Positions 60,778-64,000 of a stretch of DNA of 64,000 nucleotides are shown here, one piece after another (position 1 is the first letter of the stretch; each line of letters starts with the position of its first letter). A program made the position numbers and the translations under genes. Origin of the DNA: an uncultured Bacteroidaceae bacterium. GTDB lineage: Bacteria; Bacteroidota; Bacteroidia; Bacteroidales; Bacteroidaceae. The stretch is taken from NCBI GenBank assembly GCA_964452915.1, contig CAYVNW010000008.1, positions 4,425-68,424 on the forward strand. Direction: 5' to 3'. Under the pieces are notes generated by a model. That model did not search any database. It was not told the origin of the DNA and saw nothing but the letters and a program-made list of their open reading frames with translations.

Positions 60778-62766
60778 ATGATAACCAAACAACTTACACT
60801 GTCAATCATTATAAGTCTTTCCACCATCGCAGCTGCAGCTCAAACATCAGTCAACGAAGATTCACTCTACGATGCCTACTTCAACCTCAGCGATGTAGTG
60901 GTTGTAGGCACACGTACGCCGAAGCTACTGAAAGACACGCCGATACAGACGAGACTCATCACTTCGGCAGACATAGAAAAGTCGGATGCCACCAACATAC
61001 AAGACTTGCTGCAGCAAGAAATGCCAGGCATAGAGTTCTCATACGCCATGAACCAGCAAGTGCATTTGAATTTCAGCGGATTCGTAGGTCAAGGCATACT
61101 GTTTCTGGTCGACGGTGAACGCATGGCAGGCGAAACAATGGACGACGTAGACTTCACCCGCCTCAATATGGACAATGTGGACCACATAGAAATCATCAAG
61201 GGAGCAGCCAGCGCATTGTATGGCAGCAACGCCTGCGGAGGAGTTGTGAACATCATTACCAAGACAGCCACTCAGCCATGGTTGCTCAACGTGAACGGAC
61301 GGCTTGCCCGCCACAACGAACAGCGGATGGGAGGCTCGTTGCAATTGGGAGACAAGAGTCTAAGCAACATGCTATCCGTGAATTATGTTTCTTCCGACAA
61401 CTACAACGTCCACAACGCAACCAACCCCGTCACGCAAGTCGTGTCGACAATATACGGAGGCCGCACATGGAACGTGAAAGACCAACTGACCTACCGTCCA
61501 ATGGAAGGAGTGAAACTGATTGGGCGTGCAGGCTACTTCTTCCGTCAGCTCACACGCACACCCGACACTCCCGAGCACTACCGAGACTTCTCAGCAGGAT
61601 TGCGGGGCATCTGGGGAATCACGTCAAACGACAATATCGAACTTTCGTACTCATTCGACCAATATGACAAGTCCGACTTTCACCGCATCACCGATTCCGA
61701 CGTGCGCGACTACAGTAATGTGCAGAACATCGTACGCGGACTATACAACCACAGTTGGGAAAGCGGCAGCATACTGACCGTCGGAGCCGACTACATGCAC
61801 GACTACCTTATGAACACCAACCTCGAAGGCAACACCCGAAAGCAAAACAGCTTCGACGTGTTCAGCCAGTTCGACTGGATTCTCACACCAGCCTGGGAAA
61901 TAGTAGGAGCCCTGCGCTACGACTTCTTCTCAGATGGTGACAACTCACACGTTACTCCAAAGCTCACTGCACGCTATCAGCCAATACGTAACATGAACAT
62001 CCGCTTCGGCTACGGCATGGGATTCCGCGCACCTACCCTCAAGGAGAAATATTACAACTTCGATATGGCTGGCATCTGGATAGTGAACGGCAACCCCGAC
62101 CTCAAGTCGGAAGTGAGTCATAACTTTAACATTTCAGCCGACTATACAAAAGGCCACTTCAATTACACCCTCAGCACTTACTACAACGATGTGGTAAACA
62201 AACTCGCAACAGGCATCCCATACTACCGTCCGGGGGATGACAAGCAACTTTATCTCAACTACATCAACCTCGACAACTACTCAGTCTACGGAGGAGAAGC
62301 GACAGTGCAGACACGATGGGATAACGGGCTGAGCGCCAAGCTGTCGTATTCCTACACCAAGGAAAAACTTGCCAAAGATAAAGACGGCAACACCATCAAC
62401 AACCAGTACATTCCAGCACGCAAGCACTCACTTACAGCACGGGTTGATTGGGATAAACAGCTCACCAAGAACTACCGGCTTCGTCTCTCCATTAACGGAC
62501 GCTTCCTTTCTAAAGTAGAAAACGTGGAATATGCCGACTACTACGATATCAGCAAAGGTACCATCACCGTCAAATATCCTGCCTACACATTGTGGAAAGT
62601 TTCGGCAGTACAACAGTTCGGCAAGGCAATACGGCTGACAGCCGCTGTCGACAACATATTCAACTATAAGCCAAAGTACTACTACATGAATTGTCCGCTC
62701 ACCGATGGAGCCAACTTCATGATCGGACTGAACATAGATATCGACAAACTGTTCAAACAGCAATAG
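60778..62766 (+). CDS. TonB-dependent receptor
   Basis: Signal peptide, plug domain (DVVVVGTRTPKLLKDTPIQTRLITSADIE, IEIIKGAASALYGSNACGGVVNIIT), then a beta-barrel. Confidence 0.92.
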   Translation: MITKQLTLSIIISLSTIAAAAQTSVNEDSLYDAYFNLSDVVVVGTRTPKLLKDTPIQTRLITSADIEKSDATNIQDLLQQEMPGIEFSYAMNQQVHLNFSGFVGQGILFLVDGERMAGETMDDVDFTRLNMDNVDHIEIIKGAASALYGSNACGGVVNIITKTATQPWLLNVNGRLARHNEQRMGGSLQLGDKSLSNMLSVNYVSSDNYNVHNATNPVTQVVSTIYGGRTWNVKDQLTYRPMEGVKLIGRAGYFFRQLTRTPDTPEHYRDFSAGLRGIWGITSNDNIELSYSFDQYDKSDFHRITDSDVRDYSNVQNIVRGLYNHSWESGSILTVGADYMHDYLMNTNLEGNTRKQNSFDVFSQFDWILTPAWEIVGALRYDFFSDGDNSHVTPKLTARYQPIRNMNIRFGYGMGFRAPTLKEKYYNFDMAGIWIVNGNPDLKSEVSHNFNISADYTKGHFNYTLSTYYNDVVNKLATGIPYYRPGDDKQLYLNYINLDNYSVYGGEATVQTRWDNGLSAKLSYSYTKEKLAKDKDGNTINNQYIPARKHSLTARVDWDKQLTKNYRLRLSINGRFLSKVENVEYADYYDISKGTITVKYPAYTLWKVSAVQQFGKAIRLTAAVDNIFNYKPKYYYMNCPLTDGANFMIGLNIDIDKLFKQQ

Positions 62767-62786
62767 GAAATAAAAGCACACACGCT

Positions 62787-63755
62787 ATGAAACAACATCT
62801 ATATATAGGTAAGACACTTGGGGCATTCTTCCTTGTGTTGCTGACCATGCCCCTCGGGCATGCACTGATGATTCTGATGGAACACTTCATGCAGCCCACC
62901 CTGCTGCACTACAGTGCGTTCTTCATGGGTTTCGCAGGATTCATACTGACCATCGTAGGTGTGTTTGTCCATGGCGACACCAAGCAAACCCTCTTCGGAC
63001 TGTTCGGCGGACTCCTGTTCTGGACTGGATGGGTCGAGTTTTTGTTAGCCTACTACGCACAACGCTACGGAGTACACTGCGACCTGACAGGCAACGGAGT
63101 GGTACAAACCACAACGACATACGTCAACGGGATCGGAGTAAGTCACGAGTTCCTCATCAATGGCATACCACTCGAAGACTACAGCCGGGAAGAACTCAAA
63201 CTCATCCGAGGCAGCCGCCCCGAATACCTCATCATGCCGTCATCGTTCGGCTTCTTCATGATGTTCGCCTTTGTCTACCTCTTCTGCATACGCACAGGTT
63301 GCAACGCAATCAACTGGTGTCAGAAGAAACTGTTTGGAAGACGTCGCGACATCATTGTAGCACGCCCCATGACACGCCACACCAGTATAGTCACCTTCAT
63401 GGAACTCAACACCATGATGTGGATGCTCTACCTCGTGCTCATGTTCTGCTACGACCCCGTATTCCTTGGCAGCCGACACCCGGTCACCCTTGCTGTAGCC
63501 GTGGCATGCCTCGTAGGCTCTTTCTTCATGTTCAAGCGGGAACTGAAGATCGGAGCATGGGGAGCCAACATACGCATGGCGATCGCTACGGTCATCGTAT
63601 TCTGGTCGTTTGTCGAAGTAATGGCACGCAACGGATTTATGAAAGAGATATGGGTAGCACCCCTTGAGCACCAGACAGAGATGTGGAGCATCCTCGGCAC
63701 ATTCATCGCGCTCATCGTGCTGCTGATAATATATTCAAAAAAGCGACACAAGTGA
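62787..63755 (+). CDS. polytopic membrane protein (~8 TM), unknown family
   Basis: Start at MKQHLYIGK, 20 nt after the receptor stop. About 8 hydrophobic segments by eye. No motif recognised. Confidence 0.75.
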   Translation: MKQHLYIGKTLGAFFLVLLTMPLGHALMILMEHFMQPTLLHYSAFFMGFAGFILTIVGVFVHGDTKQTLFGLFGGLLFWTGWVEFLLAYYAQRYGVHCDLTGNGVVQTTTTYVNGIGVSHEFLINGIPLEDYSREELKLIRGSRPEYLIMPSSFGFFMMFAFVYLFCIRTGCNAINWCQKKLFGRRRDIIVARPMTRHTSIVTFMELNTMMWMLYLVLMFCYDPVFLGSRHPVTLAVAVACLVGSFFMFKRELKIGAWGANIRMAIATVIVFWSFVEVMARNGFMKEIWVAPLEHQTEMWSILGTFIALIVLLIIYSKKRHK

Positions 63756-64000
63756 AACGGATCACGTGGAAGAAATGGCATAAATGGCTTGGGATAATAT
63801 TCTGCTTCTTTATTATAATGTTTGCAGTATCGGGCATCATACTCAACCACCGCAACACATACGGGAAAATAAATGTAAGCCGCAAGTATTTGCCAAGTAA
63901 ATTTCAATATACTAACTGGAACAACGGATTGCTCCGCGGCACCATATGCTGGGGCGACAGCATACTAGTGTACGGAGCCGGAGGCATATACCTCACCGAC
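63752..64000 (+). CDS. PepSY-associated-TM-helix-like membrane protein (5' partial, runs off window)
   Basis: The GTG start overlaps the upstream stop (GTGA). VKRITWKKWHKWLGIIFCFFIIMFAVSGIILNHRN resembles the N-terminal WHxWxG...SG..LNH pattern of PepSY-TM proteins. Confidence 0.55.
   Translation, partial: MKRITWKKWHKWLGIIFCFFIIMFAVSGIILNHRNTYGKINVSRKYLPSKFQYTNWNNGLLRGTICWGDSILVYGAGGIYLTD

Noticed and set aside
63029-63907. Three long alternative-frame ORFs (212 aa +, 143 aa -, 152 aa -) over the 8-TM protein gene
   Set aside because: They are Arg/His/Pro-rich translations typical of off-frame reading in GC-rich coding sequence. The annotated frame gives coherent TM helices.

Overview
This 64-kb window reads as largely core chromosome of a Bacteroidales bacterium. 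It looks Prevotellaceae-like, which I infer from exact TAnnTTTG -7 promoter boxes in front of most transcription units, many lipoprotein or Sec signal peptides, and C-terminal tails resembling T9SS sorting domains. I support about 52 protein-coding genes. They include housekeeping genes (serS, aspS, rpoD, nth, pgk, yidC, recA, guaA, pyrF, uvrA, the rfbABCD dTDP-rhamnose operon), an oxidative-stress trio (rubrerythrin, thioredoxin, desulfoferrodoxin), a fused NfnAB-like oxidoreductase, and a peptide-scavenging cluster (S9 peptidase, MFS, two POT permeases). There is also a Dna2-like nuclease-helicase and a HmuY-like/TonB-dependent uptake locus at the right edge. By eye I saw no rRNA, tRNA, CRISPR array, transposase, integrase or prophage genes. 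Items worth a second look, all at moderate confidence: (1) two orphan paralogous genes of unknown family (15380-15871 and 47218-47748) that also share promoter and upstream sequence at identical spacing; (2) a low-GC 1113-aa PD-(D/E)xK plus SF1B helicase protein with large unassignable regions; (3) an orphan promoter-plus-terminator unit (candidate ~70-nt sRNA) inside an 830-nt non-coding gap that carries a thrice-repeated 11-mer; (4) the higher-GC uptake locus, which includes an unassignable ~8-TM protein coupled to a PepSY-TM-like gene; (5) exported flavoproteins and a dockerin-like module. All family assignments come from motifs read in the translations and from memory of family signatures. 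No database search was run.
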